Below are positions 10,343 through 19,548 of a stretch of 64,000 bases of DNA, piece by piece. Location: contig CAVVUS010000023.1 of assembly GCA_963751345.1 (NCBI GenBank), positions 192,001 through 256,000 of the forward strand, in the 5' to 3' direction. Below the pieces are notes generated by a model that had not been told where the DNA came from, searched no databases, and saw only the letters and a list, made by a program, of their open reading frames with translations. The DNA is from an uncultured Chloroflexia bacterium (GTDB lineage Bacteria > Chloroflexota > Anaerolineae > B4-G1 > SLSP01). Within the stretch, counting starts at the first letter, position 1, and each line of letters starts with the position of its first letter. A program made the position numbers and the translations under genes.

Positions 10343-11033
10343 ATGATCAACACCTACAACGAGAAGTCGCTCCACGCCGCGCTGAAGGTGTGGTACGCGG
10401 GTGAGGAGGGACGAACCGAGGTGCCGGTCGACGGCTACATCGTCGACGTTGTGCTGGGGGAGCAGTTGATCGAGATCCAGACGGCGAGCTTTGCTTCCGA
10501 TCAAGCAGAAACTCCAGGCGCTTTCTGAAGCGCACCAGGTCCTGTTGGTCTACCCTATCGCGCGGGAAAAGTGGGTCGTGCGGCTGCCGGGGGAGGGTGC
10601 GCCGGTCGCGGTGCGGTCCCGGCGCAAATCCCCACGACGCGGCTCGGTCCTGGACCTATTCCCGGAGCTGGTCAGCTTTCCGGGGCTCGTCACGAACGCG
10701 AACTTCGCCGTGGAGATTGCCTTCACCCAGGAGGACGAATTGCGGCGCTATGACAAGCGTCGCGGCTGGCGCCGGCACGGATGGGTGCCCGACGACCGCG
10801 AGCTGCTGGACGTGGTAGAATGCCGGCGCTTCGGCGGGCCGGGGGACTTCGCTCCGCTGATCCCGGATGGGCTTCCACGGCAGTTCACCACGGCGGATGT
10901 GGCACGCGCAACGGGCCGGGCGCGGCGGTTTGGCCAGCAGATGGCCTATTGCTTGCGGGAGATGGGTCTGATCGACGCCGTGGGGTTCCGGAGCCGGTCC
11001 GTCCTCTACGAGCGGGGTGGGGGGGCGCTGTAG
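10343..11033 (+). CDS. Conserved hypothetical protein with PD-(D/E)XK-like motif (frameshift near 10495)
   Basis: NEKSLHAALK..EVPVDGYIVDV..LIEIQT (10343-10528) joins IKQKL..RRKSP..MAYCLREMG (10491-11033). Confidence 0.6.
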
Positions 11034-11035
11034 GG

Positions 11036-11689
11036 ATGGGCGTGCTCACGCTTCCTGCCGCCCGCCGGCTGCTTCGGGTCGCAGAGGCGATATCTGGCGA
11101 GGATCCAGTCGCTGCCTATCTGTGTGCGTGGGCGGCGTTCGATCATGCGGTCGGCGTGCTGGCCGCGAGGGCGGGCGTCCGGGCGCAGTTTGGCCTGCGC
11201 AAGAACGGTACGCTCCGCACCCATACGGTGGGGGGCGCCAAGATGCCTGAGGTCAGCCTGCCGGCACCCGAGCAGCAGCGCGCTGCTGCGCTGCACGCCC
11301 TTACGCTGGAGGCTCGCGATCGTCTCATCCGCCACCCCGCCGCCGCTGCGCTGGCCCACCGTGTGCCCACGCTGAACGGCCGGCTGGTGGCGTATGACAG
11401 CCGCAAGCAGCGGTTGACCGGCGTATTGGATGTCCCCGCCACGCTCGATCCGCGCTTCCCTGTCTGGGCGCCCATCGATGGCGCAGCCCTTCGGGCGTGG
11501 ACCGGCGGAGTACGGGATGCAGCGAAACGCGACGACCTGGTTGGGCAAATCGTCGCGGTCCTGGAGACGATCCATCGGGACCTGCGGCTTGCCGCAGGTC
11601 CCGATGAGGGTGAAGCCAACGTCGATCTCGCCAAGAGCGCGTTGCCACTGCTCGTGCTGTTGGTGGAGGCCTTGCTGGAAGGCTCTTGA
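11036..11689 (+). CDS. Hypothetical protein
   Basis: ATG 2 nt after the upstream stop. 217-aa helical-looking ORF with GC-biased codons; no family recognised. Confidence 0.55.
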   Translation: MGVLTLPAARRLLRVAEAISGEDPVAAYLCAWAAFDHAVGVLAARAGVRAQFGLRKNGTLRTHTVGGAKMPEVSLPAPEQQRAAALHALTLEARDRLIRHPAAAALAHRVPTLNGRLVAYDSRKQRLTGVLDVPATLDPRFPVWAPIDGAALRAWTGGVRDAAKRDDLVGQIVAVLETIHRDLRLAAGPDEGEANVDLAKSALPLLVLLVEALLEGS

Positions 11690-11773
11690 GCCCGTGTCCC
11701 AGAGACTTTTGGGGTCTCTTCGGCCAACAGATGTCTGCCGGACAAAGGCCCCAAAGGTCCTTTCTGTCAGCCG

Positions 11774-12658
11774 CTATCCCTCGGTCTTCGTCAGTGCCTC
11801 GTCCGCGTAGCTGACGAAGGGCTTGAGCATATTGATGAGTTCGACTGGGATTACGAACTTGGTCGCCGCGCTGGCCCCAATCGCCTTGAGGGCATCCAGA
11901 TACTGCAGGCTCATCGTCCGTGCGTCGATGCCCTTGGCAGCGTTGAAGATCGTCTGCAGCGCGAGCGCGTAGCCCTCGGCGGCCAGGATCTGCGACTGCC
12001 GGTTACCCTCCGCCCGGAGGATCACCGACTGCTTATCGCCCTCTGCCACCGTGATCGTGGCCTGCTTCTTGCCATCGGCCTCGGTGACGACCGCACGGCG
12101 TGTCCGCTCGGCCGACATCTGCCGGGTCATTGCCTCCTGGATCTCGCGCGGTGGCAGGATTTCGCGGATCTCGACAGCGGTCACCTTGTTACCCCACCGC
12201 TCGGTCACCTCGTCGAGCTTGGTGCGCAGGACGGTGTTGATGTGCTCGCGCTGGGCGAGGACGTCGTCGAGCATGATGTCACCGATGACGGCGCGCAGCG
12301 TCGTCGTCGCGATTCCCTGTGAGGCCCCCGCGAAGTTCTGCACCTGGATGACGCTCGCCACCGGATCCGCCACCTGCCAGTAGATCAGGAAATCCACCGA
12401 GATGTTGGCATTGTCCTTGGTGATGGTCGTCTGATGCGGTACCTCCAGGTACTTCTCCCGCAGGTCGACCCAGGTCGCCCGATCGACCAGGGGAATCAGG
12501 AATACCAGTCCAGGGCCGCGCTGGCCTATGCACCTCCCGAGCCTGAAGACGACCAGGCGCTGGTACTCGCGCACCACCTTGATCGCCACAAACAGGAGGA
12601 TGACGACAACCAGCACAATAAAGAAGCCCAAACTCCAGAACGCTGCTAATCCGCTCAT
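11774..12658 (-). CDS. SPFH/band 7 (slipin/stomatin-like) protein
   Basis: N-terminal TM, EYQRLVVFRLG, GPGLVFLIP, TKDN, TTLRAVIG, QMSAER. Confidence 0.92.
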   Translation of the reverse strand: MSGLAAFWSLGFFIVLVVVILLFVAIKVVREYQRLVVFRLGRCIGQRGPGLVFLIPLVDRATWVDLREKYLEVPHQTTITKDNANISVDFLIYWQVADPVASVIQVQNFAGASQGIATTTLRAVIGDIMLDDVLAQREHINTVLRTKLDEVTERWGNKVTAVEIREILPPREIQEAMTRQMSAERTRRAVVTEADGKKQATITVAEGDKQSVILRAEGNRQSQILAAEGYALALQTIFNAAKGIDARTMSLQYLDALKAIGASAATKFVIPVELINMLKPFVSYADEALTKTEG

Positions 12659-12696
12659 CTTACGCCTCCGCGTGACCTGACCACGATGCTACTTAC

Positions 12697-14043
12697 CTAC
12701 GACTTGATTACGTTACCCTGATTCGCTCGGACGACGTACAGGCGTAGTCCCTGCACCTCTACGACCCGAACGGCATCGCCCTTGACAATGGGCTCGCCCT
12801 GGGCGATCGCCGTCCAGAGCTGCCCGCCGATCTGCGCCACGCCCTCCGGGCCCAGATCGGATGTCGCTATACCGGTCGCCCCGACAAGCTGTCCCTTGCC
12901 CATCAGTACCGGATAGTTTCGTGCGCGCACGGCAGCTCCCAGAGCGAAGAGGAAGAACGCTACCATGATCACCGCAAGTGCCACGATGAGGACGGGTGAG
13001 ACCGTGACCGCGGGAAACTCGGGCAGGGAGGGGTTGCTGGCCGAGAAGAGCAGGAGAGCGCCGACCACGAAGAGCGCCACCCCACCCGCGGTCAGGATAA
13101 GGCTGTTCACCTTGACGTCGATGATGAACAGCACGACGGAGAGAATGACCAGAATCACCCCGCCCCAGTTCACCGGCAAGCTGCCAAACGTGATGAAAGC
13201 CAGCACCAAGCAGATGCCGCCCGTGACCGCGGGTACGATGGCACCGGGGTTGAAGAGTTCGAGGGCAAGCCCGAACATGCCGACCAGAAGCAGAATCAGG
13301 GCTACGTTGGGATCTACCAGTGTGTGGAAGAACTGCTGCGCCACGTTCATATTGCGGGTGACAACGGGAGCCTGCTGCGTGTGAAGCGTGATCTCACCAG
13401 CGGTAGTCGTGACGGTTCTGCCATCGACCTTGTTGAGCAGATCGTTGAGGTCGGTGGCCATCAGGTCGATGACGTGCAGGTCGAGCGCCTGCTGGGCAGT
13501 AGCGGAGACGCTGCTGCTCACAGCTTCCGTGGCCCACTCAGCATTGCGACCTCGCTCCTGGGCGATATTCTGGATGATGGAGATCGAGAAGTTGGTGATC
13601 TTGGTCTGCTCATCGCTGGGGATGTTCTGCCCCGTCGCGTCCACCGGATGTGCCGCGCCGATCGTCGTGTCGGGCGCCATCGCCGCAATGTTGGCCGCGA
13701 GCGTGATGAAGGTCCCGGCCGATCCGGCCCACGCGCCCGCCGGATAGACGAAAACGATGGTGGGGACGCGGGCGTTGAGCATTCGCGTGGTGATATCCTG
13801 CATCGCGCCGAGCGTGCCGCCCGGCGTGTTGAGGACGATGACGACCGCGCCTGCCCCCACGCTCTGGGCATGGTCGATCTCGTTGCTGATGTAGCGATCG
13901 ACCCACGAGTCGATTGTGCCGTTCACGGTCAGGACGTCGATCTGTTGGGGGGCCTGCGCCCTGGTGGTCGCTGCCAGACTCAGTGTCAGCAGCAGCGCGA
14001 GCGCAAAGCTGCCTGCGATCAGTGTGCTCTTGTGTTTGCCCAT
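12697..14043 (-). CDS. nfeD: NfeD family membrane-bound serine protease
   Basis: LNTPGG, AGSAGTFI, AAMAPDTTIGAAHPV, TM block and C-terminal OB fold (GQLWTA). Adjacent to slipin. Confidence 0.9.
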   Translation of the reverse strand: MGKHKSTLIAGSFALALLLTLSLAATTRAQAPQQIDVLTVNGTIDSWVDRYISNEIDHAQSVGAGAVVIVLNTPGGTLGAMQDITTRMLNARVPTIVFVYPAGAWAGSAGTFITLAANIAAMAPDTTIGAAHPVDATGQNIPSDEQTKITNFSISIIQNIAQERGRNAEWATEAVSSSVSATAQQALDLHVIDLMATDLNDLLNKVDGRTVTTTAGEITLHTQQAPVVTRNMNVAQQFFHTLVDPNVALILLLVGMFGLALELFNPGAIVPAVTGGICLVLAFITFGSLPVNWGGVILVILSVVLFIIDVKVNSLILTAGGVALFVVGALLLFSASNPSLPEFPAVTVSPVLIVALAVIMVAFFLFALGAAVRARNYPVLMGKGQLVGATGIATSDLGPEGVAQIGGQLWTAIAQGEPIVKGDAVRVVEVQGLRLYVVRANQGNVIKS

Positions 14044-14317
14044 GCCACCTCTTCCTCACGCCCTCGGCCATGACCCAGCAGCGATGCGAAGCGTTCCCTC
14101 GTCACGGAGGGTGTCGTCTGCGGCTGGGTGCGGAGGCTTCCCTCGGAAGTGACACCTGACACAGATGAGATTCGGCGGGAGGTCAGGGCTCGGCAACCGC
14201 TACAGAGAATTATACAGCAAATCGCGATCATGGACTGTCAACTTTGCTAGCCGACGCATACGGTCTATAAATGGATGCGAGATGGTTCGTCTCTAGAGGA
14301 AGGAGCGAGATAAGCCG

Positions 14318-16223
14318 ATGCTCAGTGATCGCTACAGTGTCGAGACCCTGAAGTCGATGTTGATTCCACAGGAAGTATGGCAGCCCTATCCGACGGTGGA
14401 GGATCGTGGGGCCTGGCAGAGCCTACCTCCTCACGTGCGGGACTTCTACGTCAGCCGGGCCGGATGGGCGCTTGGCTACGATTGGCCTGCGCTGCCCGCG
14501 ACGCTCTTCCTGGAGTTTCAGCGTACGGGAGACCGGAGCCACTACGAACACGTGAACGATCTGCGTCGTCGTCCGCTGCGCGACCTGGTGTTGGCAGAGG
14601 CGATCGAGGGGAATGGGCGCTTCCTTGATGATATCGCCAATGGCATCTGGACGACGTGCGAGGAGACCTATTGGGGCTATCCCGCACACGTCTACATCCA
14701 GCGGGCCGGCGTCGGACTGCCCGATGTCGAGGAGCCGACGGTGGACCTCTTTGCGGCGGAGACGGCGGCCCAACTTGCCTGGACGCTTTACCTGCTTGGT
14801 GACCGGTTGGACGCCGTATCGCCGCTGATCCGACCGCGCGTACACTACGAGGTCAAGCGCCGCGTATTGGATCCTTGCCTGGAGCGGGATGACTTCTGGT
14901 GGATGGGACTGCAGCCGATCCCCGACCTGGTGAATAACTGGAATCCCTGGATCAACTCCAACTGGATGGCGGCGGTGCTGTTGCTGGAGGAGGATGCGGA
15001 GCGCCGTGGCGCGGCATTGCACAAGATCCTGCGGAGTCTGGACGTCTTCCTCGGGGTCTATGCCGAGGCCGGGGGATGTGACGAAGGACCGGGCTACTGG
15101 GGGCGCGCCGCGGCGTCGCTCTTCGACTGCCTGGATCTGCTCCACAGCGCCACCGGAGGCGGGGTCGATGTCTTTGGCGAGGCGAAGATACGCAATATGG
15201 GGGCATTCATCTACCGGACGCATATCCACGACGACTACTACGTCAACTTCGCGGATGCTTCCGCCCTGAATCGCCCAACTGCGTCGCTGGTCTACCGTTA
15301 CGGAAGGGCCGTGAGGGATGCTGAGATGATGGCCTTCGGCGCGTGGTTGATGGAGGAAGACGCGGGCGACCCCGGCACGCGCGAGGGGAGTCTCGGGCGC
15401 ATCCTGCCGGCGCTCTTCGACCTCCCCGATCCGCCGGGTGCAGCGCCTGGCGCAGCCGCTGCCGCGTGATGCGTGGTTCGACGGCATCGAGGTGATGGTA
15501 GCGCGTGACTCGGGGGGCACGGCGGCCGGCCTCTTTGTGGCTGCCAAGGCAGGGCACAACGCCGAGAGTCACAACCACAACGACGTAGGCAACCTCATCA
15601 TCTACGTCGATGGCAATCCCGTGATCGTGGATGCGGGGGTGGAGACCTACCGGCGTGAGACCTTCAGCCCGCAACGCTATGAGATCTGGACGATGCAGTC
15701 GGCCTACCATACGCTGCTGCCCGCTTTCGTGCACCGCGAGGACGTGGAGCAGCAGGCCGCGGGCGGGAGCATGCCGCCCGCGACGTGGCCTATCGCGGCG
15801 GACGATGCACGCGCGGTCCTTTCGCTCGACCTGGCGGGTGCCTATCCGGCAGGGGCCGGGGTCATCCGCTGGCAGCGCACCGTCACGCTTGTGCGTGGCG
15901 AGGCCGTCACCATTGAGGACGCGTTCGCACTGCGCGACAGCCCATCCCAGATCACGACGGGGTTTCTGACGCCGTGTGACGTCGACGTTGCCGCAGGGAA
16001 GGTGGTGCTCAAGGTCACGTCGTTTGGTCCGCCCGACAACCCGCGGACGACAGGCGCTGGGACGTTGACCTACGATCCGACTGTGTTCGACGTTGGCGTC
16101 GAGCGGATTGGCATTGACGACGCGCGGCTAGGCGGCGTGTGGGGCGATCACCTCAATCGTGTGATCTTCACGGCGATGTCGCCGCCCGCTCAGGGCACGT
16201 GGACCTGGCGGTTCGCCGCGTAG
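14318..16223 (+). CDS. Heparinase II/III-like family protein (frameshift near 15430)
   Basis: VDLFAAETA, NNWNPWINSN, GGCDEGPGYW, YVNFAD, then KAGHNAESHNHNDVGN..DAGVETY in the next frame. SD AGGAG. Confidence 0.85.
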
Positions 16224-16257
16224 CCCCTGCTGCGCGAAGGGGTGCGCCGCTTCTCCT

Positions 16258-16292
16258 CTGTTCCGGGCGGATGCTAAGTCCGCCCGGAACAG
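16258..16292. terminator. Hairpin between convergent genes
   Basis: Perfect 14-bp inverted repeat CTGTTCCGGGCGGA / TCCGCCCGGAACAG with a 7-nt loop. Confidence 0.6.
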
Positions 16293-16317
16293 GCTTCAAT
16301 ACGTGGTCACCCTCGCT

Positions 16318-16560
16318 CTAGGCTGTGGCCTCACGCATCCAGGCGACGATCTCTCCCTTGGACGGGATGCGCCCCGATGACTTCACGACCTCGTCGATCA
16401 CGAGGCCGGGGGTTATCGACACATCGTAAGCGAGGATCGCGTTCATATCCGTCACTTTGCTAAACGTCGCGTCGATGCCTGCCTCTTCGGCAGCATCGCG
16501 GGCGAGCTGTTCGAGCCGCTTGCACTTGGGGCATCCCTTGCCCAGAATCTTGATATGCAT
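16318..16560 (-). CDS. Small thioredoxin-like redox-active disulfide protein (MTH895/TM0996-like)
   Basis: MHIKILGKGCPKC..TPGLVIDE..SGRIPS. SD AAGGAGG. Confidence 0.9.
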   Translation of the reverse strand: MHIKILGKGCPKCKRLEQLARDAAEEAGIDATFSKVTDMNAILAYDVSITPGLVIDEVVKSSGRIPSKGEIVAWMREATA

Positions 16561-16589
16561 CCTTGCCTCCTTGGCTATGATTGATATTC

Positions 16590-17945
16590 CTACTTGACGA
16601 CCCACCCGAAGATCAAGCCCGAGAGCGTGCTGAACACGGTGACGAGCGAGACGTACACCGCTGTCTTTTTCCTGCCGACGATGGAGTTGGTGATGAGGAT
16701 CGACTGCAGGCTCAGCTCGGGGTCGGCCAGCAGGTAGGCCAGCAGCGGGCCGCGCTGCATCCCGAGCGACAGGAAGGTCTGCGCGATCGGCACTTCGACA
16801 AGGGTGGGAAAGTACATGACGACGCCGAAGAGCACACCCGCGAGGTTCGCCAGCACGGTATCGTGTCCGGCGATCGACGTGATCCACGCAGCCGGGACGA
16901 TGTTGCGCGCCATTCCGGCCACGAAGACGCCCACGAGGAGCAGTGGGAAGATCTGCTTGACGAACCGCCACATCTCCCAGAGCCATTCCTGGATCTCGTG
17001 CTCTTCGAATCTCGTGGCGGCCATCCACCAGACGGCTGCCACAAACGCGATCTCCGCGATGAGCTTGCCTGTGATACCGATGCTCACGCCCGACGCTAGA
17101 ACGGAGACGCTGAACGAGGCGACGAGGACCGTGAGTGTGATGAGGCTCAGGGCCACGAAGGTCCACGGGTTGTAGCCCTCGTCGACCGTGTTGAGTCCCC
17201 GCCACGCGGTCGCGCCGATGAGGAGCAGGAGGCCGATCAGCACGACCCCGTGCAGGCTCACGCCCTCGATGCCCAGGCTCGGGTTAGGCGGGATGATGCC
17301 ATCAAGCCACGCCTGGAACCCGGAAGCCCAGGACTCACCCACCGTCAGGGTTGCGTAGCTATGGGTGAGCACATTGATCCTAAGCGTGCCAGCGATCAGA
17401 ATCCCAAGCAGAAGCAGGAAGAAGACCCAGATGTGCGAAGGGACCTTGGCCGACGCGTCGAACCCGCCGCCGTTGGTCTCGGCGTCGTGTGCCGCATCAT
17501 CCTTGCGGAAGAACCATGCCATCAGAAGACCGATGCCGACGCCGAAGACGATCGAGAGGACGACGCGCGCGATGGCGATGTCCATGCCTATCGCCACGCC
17601 GGTCAGCGAGATGGCCAGGATGTTGATAGCGGGCCCCACGAAGAGAAAGGTGATGGCAGGACCGAGCCCTGCCCCCTTCTTGTAGATACTGGCGAAGAGC
17701 GGCATGATCGTGCACGAGCAGACGGCAAGGACAAAGCCGCCTAACGCGGATGCCGGATACGAGATCCACTTCGGGGTGGTGCGCCCGAGATAGCGGGTGA
17801 TCGCCTCCTTCGGGATGAGCGCAGCAAGCGCCCCGGCGATGAAGAAGGCAGGGAGCAAACACAAGAGGACGTGGGCTGCGAGGTAGGCGGCCAGGCTGCC
17901 CAACCCGGTCTGCAGCAATGATAGCGCGATGTCGACGAAGTTCAT
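16590..17945 (-). CDS. DUF318/ArsP-family permease
   Basis: HVLLCLLPAFFIAGA, AVCSCTIMPLF, GAGLGPA, YFPTLVEVPI. Lies in an ars operon. Confidence 0.85.
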   Translation of the reverse strand: MNFVDIALSLLQTGLGSLAAYLAAHVLLCLLPAFFIAGALAALIPKEAITRYLGRTTPKWISYPASALGGFVLAVCSCTIMPLFASIYKKGAGLGPAITFLFVGPAINILAISLTGVAIGMDIAIARVVLSIVFGVGIGLLMAWFFRKDDAAHDAETNGGGFDASAKVPSHIWVFFLLLLGILIAGTLRINVLTHSYATLTVGESWASGFQAWLDGIIPPNPSLGIEGVSLHGVVLIGLLLLIGATAWRGLNTVDEGYNPWTFVALSLITLTVLVASFSVSVLASGVSIGITGKLIAEIAFVAAVWWMAATRFEEHEIQEWLWEMWRFVKQIFPLLLVGVFVAGMARNIVPAAWITSIAGHDTVLANLAGVLFGVVMYFPTLVEVPIAQTFLSLGMQRGPLLAYLLADPELSLQSILITNSIVGRKKTAVYVSLVTVFSTLSGLIFGWVVK

Positions 17946-17971
17946 ACCGCTCCTTGACCCAACCAAATGCG

Positions 17972-17994
17972 ATTATATTCGCAAATGTGAATAT
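17972..17994 (-). promoter_or_regulatory. Putative ArsR operator overlapping a -10 box upstream of the permease
   Basis: Palindrome ATATTC-N8-GAATAT (17975-17994). TATAAT on the minus strand at 17972-17977. Confidence 0.6.
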
Positions 17995-18048
17995 GAAAAA
18001 CCAAAAAAGGAAGCGGCGTGAGCCGCTGTGCTGAAGATTTCCTTGCGT

Positions 18049-18429
18049 CTACCCGGCGTTGCACCCGCAGGCGTCGCCGTCGTCAGCGCCATCAGGATCG
18101 ACCAGCGCACAGGTCCCCAGCTCCGCACGGATGACCGTCGCCATCTCCAGCAGCGTGTAGACCTCGGGTCGGCCAATACGATAGTAGGCGTTCCACCCGT
18201 CCTTCCGGTAGCAGACCAGACCCGCCTCGCGAAGCACCGTTAGCTGCTGGGAGACGTACGATTGACGCAACCCCAGATCCTCTTCCAGCTCGCAGACGCA
18301 CCGCTCACCCTCACGCAGGGCTTCGAGGATGGCCATCCGCTTGGGGTGCGCCAATGCCTTGAAGAGCGGAGCCAGGTCTGACGGCGTGACGGTGATCGCT
18401 TCTTCCTGGACCTTATCGAGTAACTCCAT
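18049..18429 (-). CDS. arsR: ArsR/SmtB family metalloregulator
   Basis: FKALAHPKRMAILEAL..ERCVCEL..QSYVSQQLTVLREAGLV..YYRI, with C-terminal CGC. Confidence 0.88.
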   Translation of the reverse strand: MELLDKVQEEAITVTPSDLAPLFKALAHPKRMAILEALREGERCVCELEEDLGLRQSYVSQQLTVLREAGLVCYRKDGWNAYYRIGRPEVYTLLEMATVIRAELGTCALVDPDGADDGDACGCNAG

Positions 18430-18919
18430 ATGCCTCCAGTATTACCCTAGGTGGGAATAGAATGGCGCCGGGCCGGCACAGCCTGGCGCAGGAACTGCAA
18501 CCGACCACACAGGCGAAGGGTTCAGCAACTGCAACTTTGCCTTCCTTCGTGGGCGCGAGGGCGTGCGACGCACAGATGCGCAGGCAGCGCCCGCAGCCAT
18601 CGCAGAGATCCTCGTCGACGGTTGGGTACCACGGGATCTGCTCCCGAGGGTGCCCACGCCAGGTGCCGTAGCCGGAGGGTTTGCGCGCGCTACTGCCGTC
18701 GCCCAAAGCGAACACAGCATATTCGCGGCTCAGGGCGGCGCCGTAGACGTCGCGGGCGCCGTACGGGATGTAGTTGTCGCGACCCAATCGAGCGACCAAC
18801 TCGGCGTCGAGCCCATCATCGCCCGGCGCGAATCCCTCACGCTTCAGGGCTGCGAAGACATCATCGAGACCCAAGATACCGACCGGTGACCCGTCCACGA
18901 TGATCTGCCGATGGTTCAA
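18413..18919 (-). CDS. 4Fe-4S dicluster ferredoxin-domain protein with N-terminal extension
   Basis: PREQIPWYPTVD, CDGCGRCLRIC and CVVGCSSCARLCRPGAI. Confidence 0.8.
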   Translation of the reverse strand: MNHRQIIVDGSPVGILGLDDVFAALKREGFAPGDDGLDAELVARLGRDNYIPYGARDVYGAALSREYAVFALGDGSSARKPSGYGTWRGHPREQIPWYPTVDEDLCDGCGRCLRICASHALAPTKEGKVAVAEPFACVVGCSSCARLCRPGAILFPPRVILEAYGVTR

Positions 18920-19377
18920 GCTAGGCGGACCTCGAAGGGATTGGTGGCGAGCAGAGCCTCGGGCAGCGTCTCCACATAGGCGTGGATGTCATCACGGACG
19001 CGCCGGTAGTGATCCAGCGCTTCCTCTTCCGTCTTGGCGTCCTTCGCCAGCTTGGGTGGGTCGTCGAAGCCCTGGTGGACCACCTTGGCTTTCCCCGGAA
19101 AGACCGGGCAGTTTTCCCTGGCGCGGTCGCAGACCGTGACGACATAGTCGAATGGGATGTGCATCAGGTCCCGCACGTGCTTTGTGGTGTGGCCCGAGAT
19201 GTCGATACCCGCTTCTGCCATCACCTTCACTGCCCGTGGATCGAGATCGTGGCGCTCGATACCCGCCGACCACACGTCGATCTGATCGCCCTTGAGATGT
19301 CGCGTCCAGCCCTCAGCCATCTGGCTGCGGCAGGAATTGCCGGTGCACAGAAAGAGCACCTTCAGCTTGTCAGCCAT
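18916..19377 (-). CDS. arsC: Arsenate reductase, thioredoxin-coupled (LMW-PTPase fold)
   Basis: FLCTGNSCRSQMAEG, VTVCD..ENCPVFP, FDDP, RRVRDDI. Confidence 0.9.
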   Translation of the reverse strand: MADKLKVLFLCTGNSCRSQMAEGWTRHLKGDQIDVWSAGIERHDLDPRAVKVMAEAGIDISGHTTKHVRDLMHIPFDYVVTVCDRARENCPVFPGKAKVVHQGFDDPPKLAKDAKTEEEALDHYRRVRDDIHAYVETLPEALLATNPFEVRLA

Positions 19378-19392
19378 AGTCGCCTCCAACTG

Positions 19393-19440
19393 TATTCACA
19401 AAACCGAATATATTGTATCATGGACCTTGTCTCAGGGCAA
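19393..19440 (-). promoter_or_regulatory. Sigma70 promoter and putative ArsR operator for arsC
   Basis: Minus strand TTGCCC, 17-nt spacer, TACAAT with extended-10 TG, followed by TATTC-N8-GAATA (19393-19410). Confidence 0.65.
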
Positions 19441-19548
19441 GCGCACCGCGGACCGGGATGCCGCGCTGCTTGCCAGTGATGGGGAGGTCGCTATGATGGG
19501 AGGGCAGGAGCCGAGAAGTGTTCCTGGAAATATAGCGAGGGGTGAGAC

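Noticed and set aside
16318-17205. 295-aa ORF ending in the thioredoxin domain
   Set aside because: The upstream part is an alternate frame of the permease; the real start is ATG 16560 with a strong SD.
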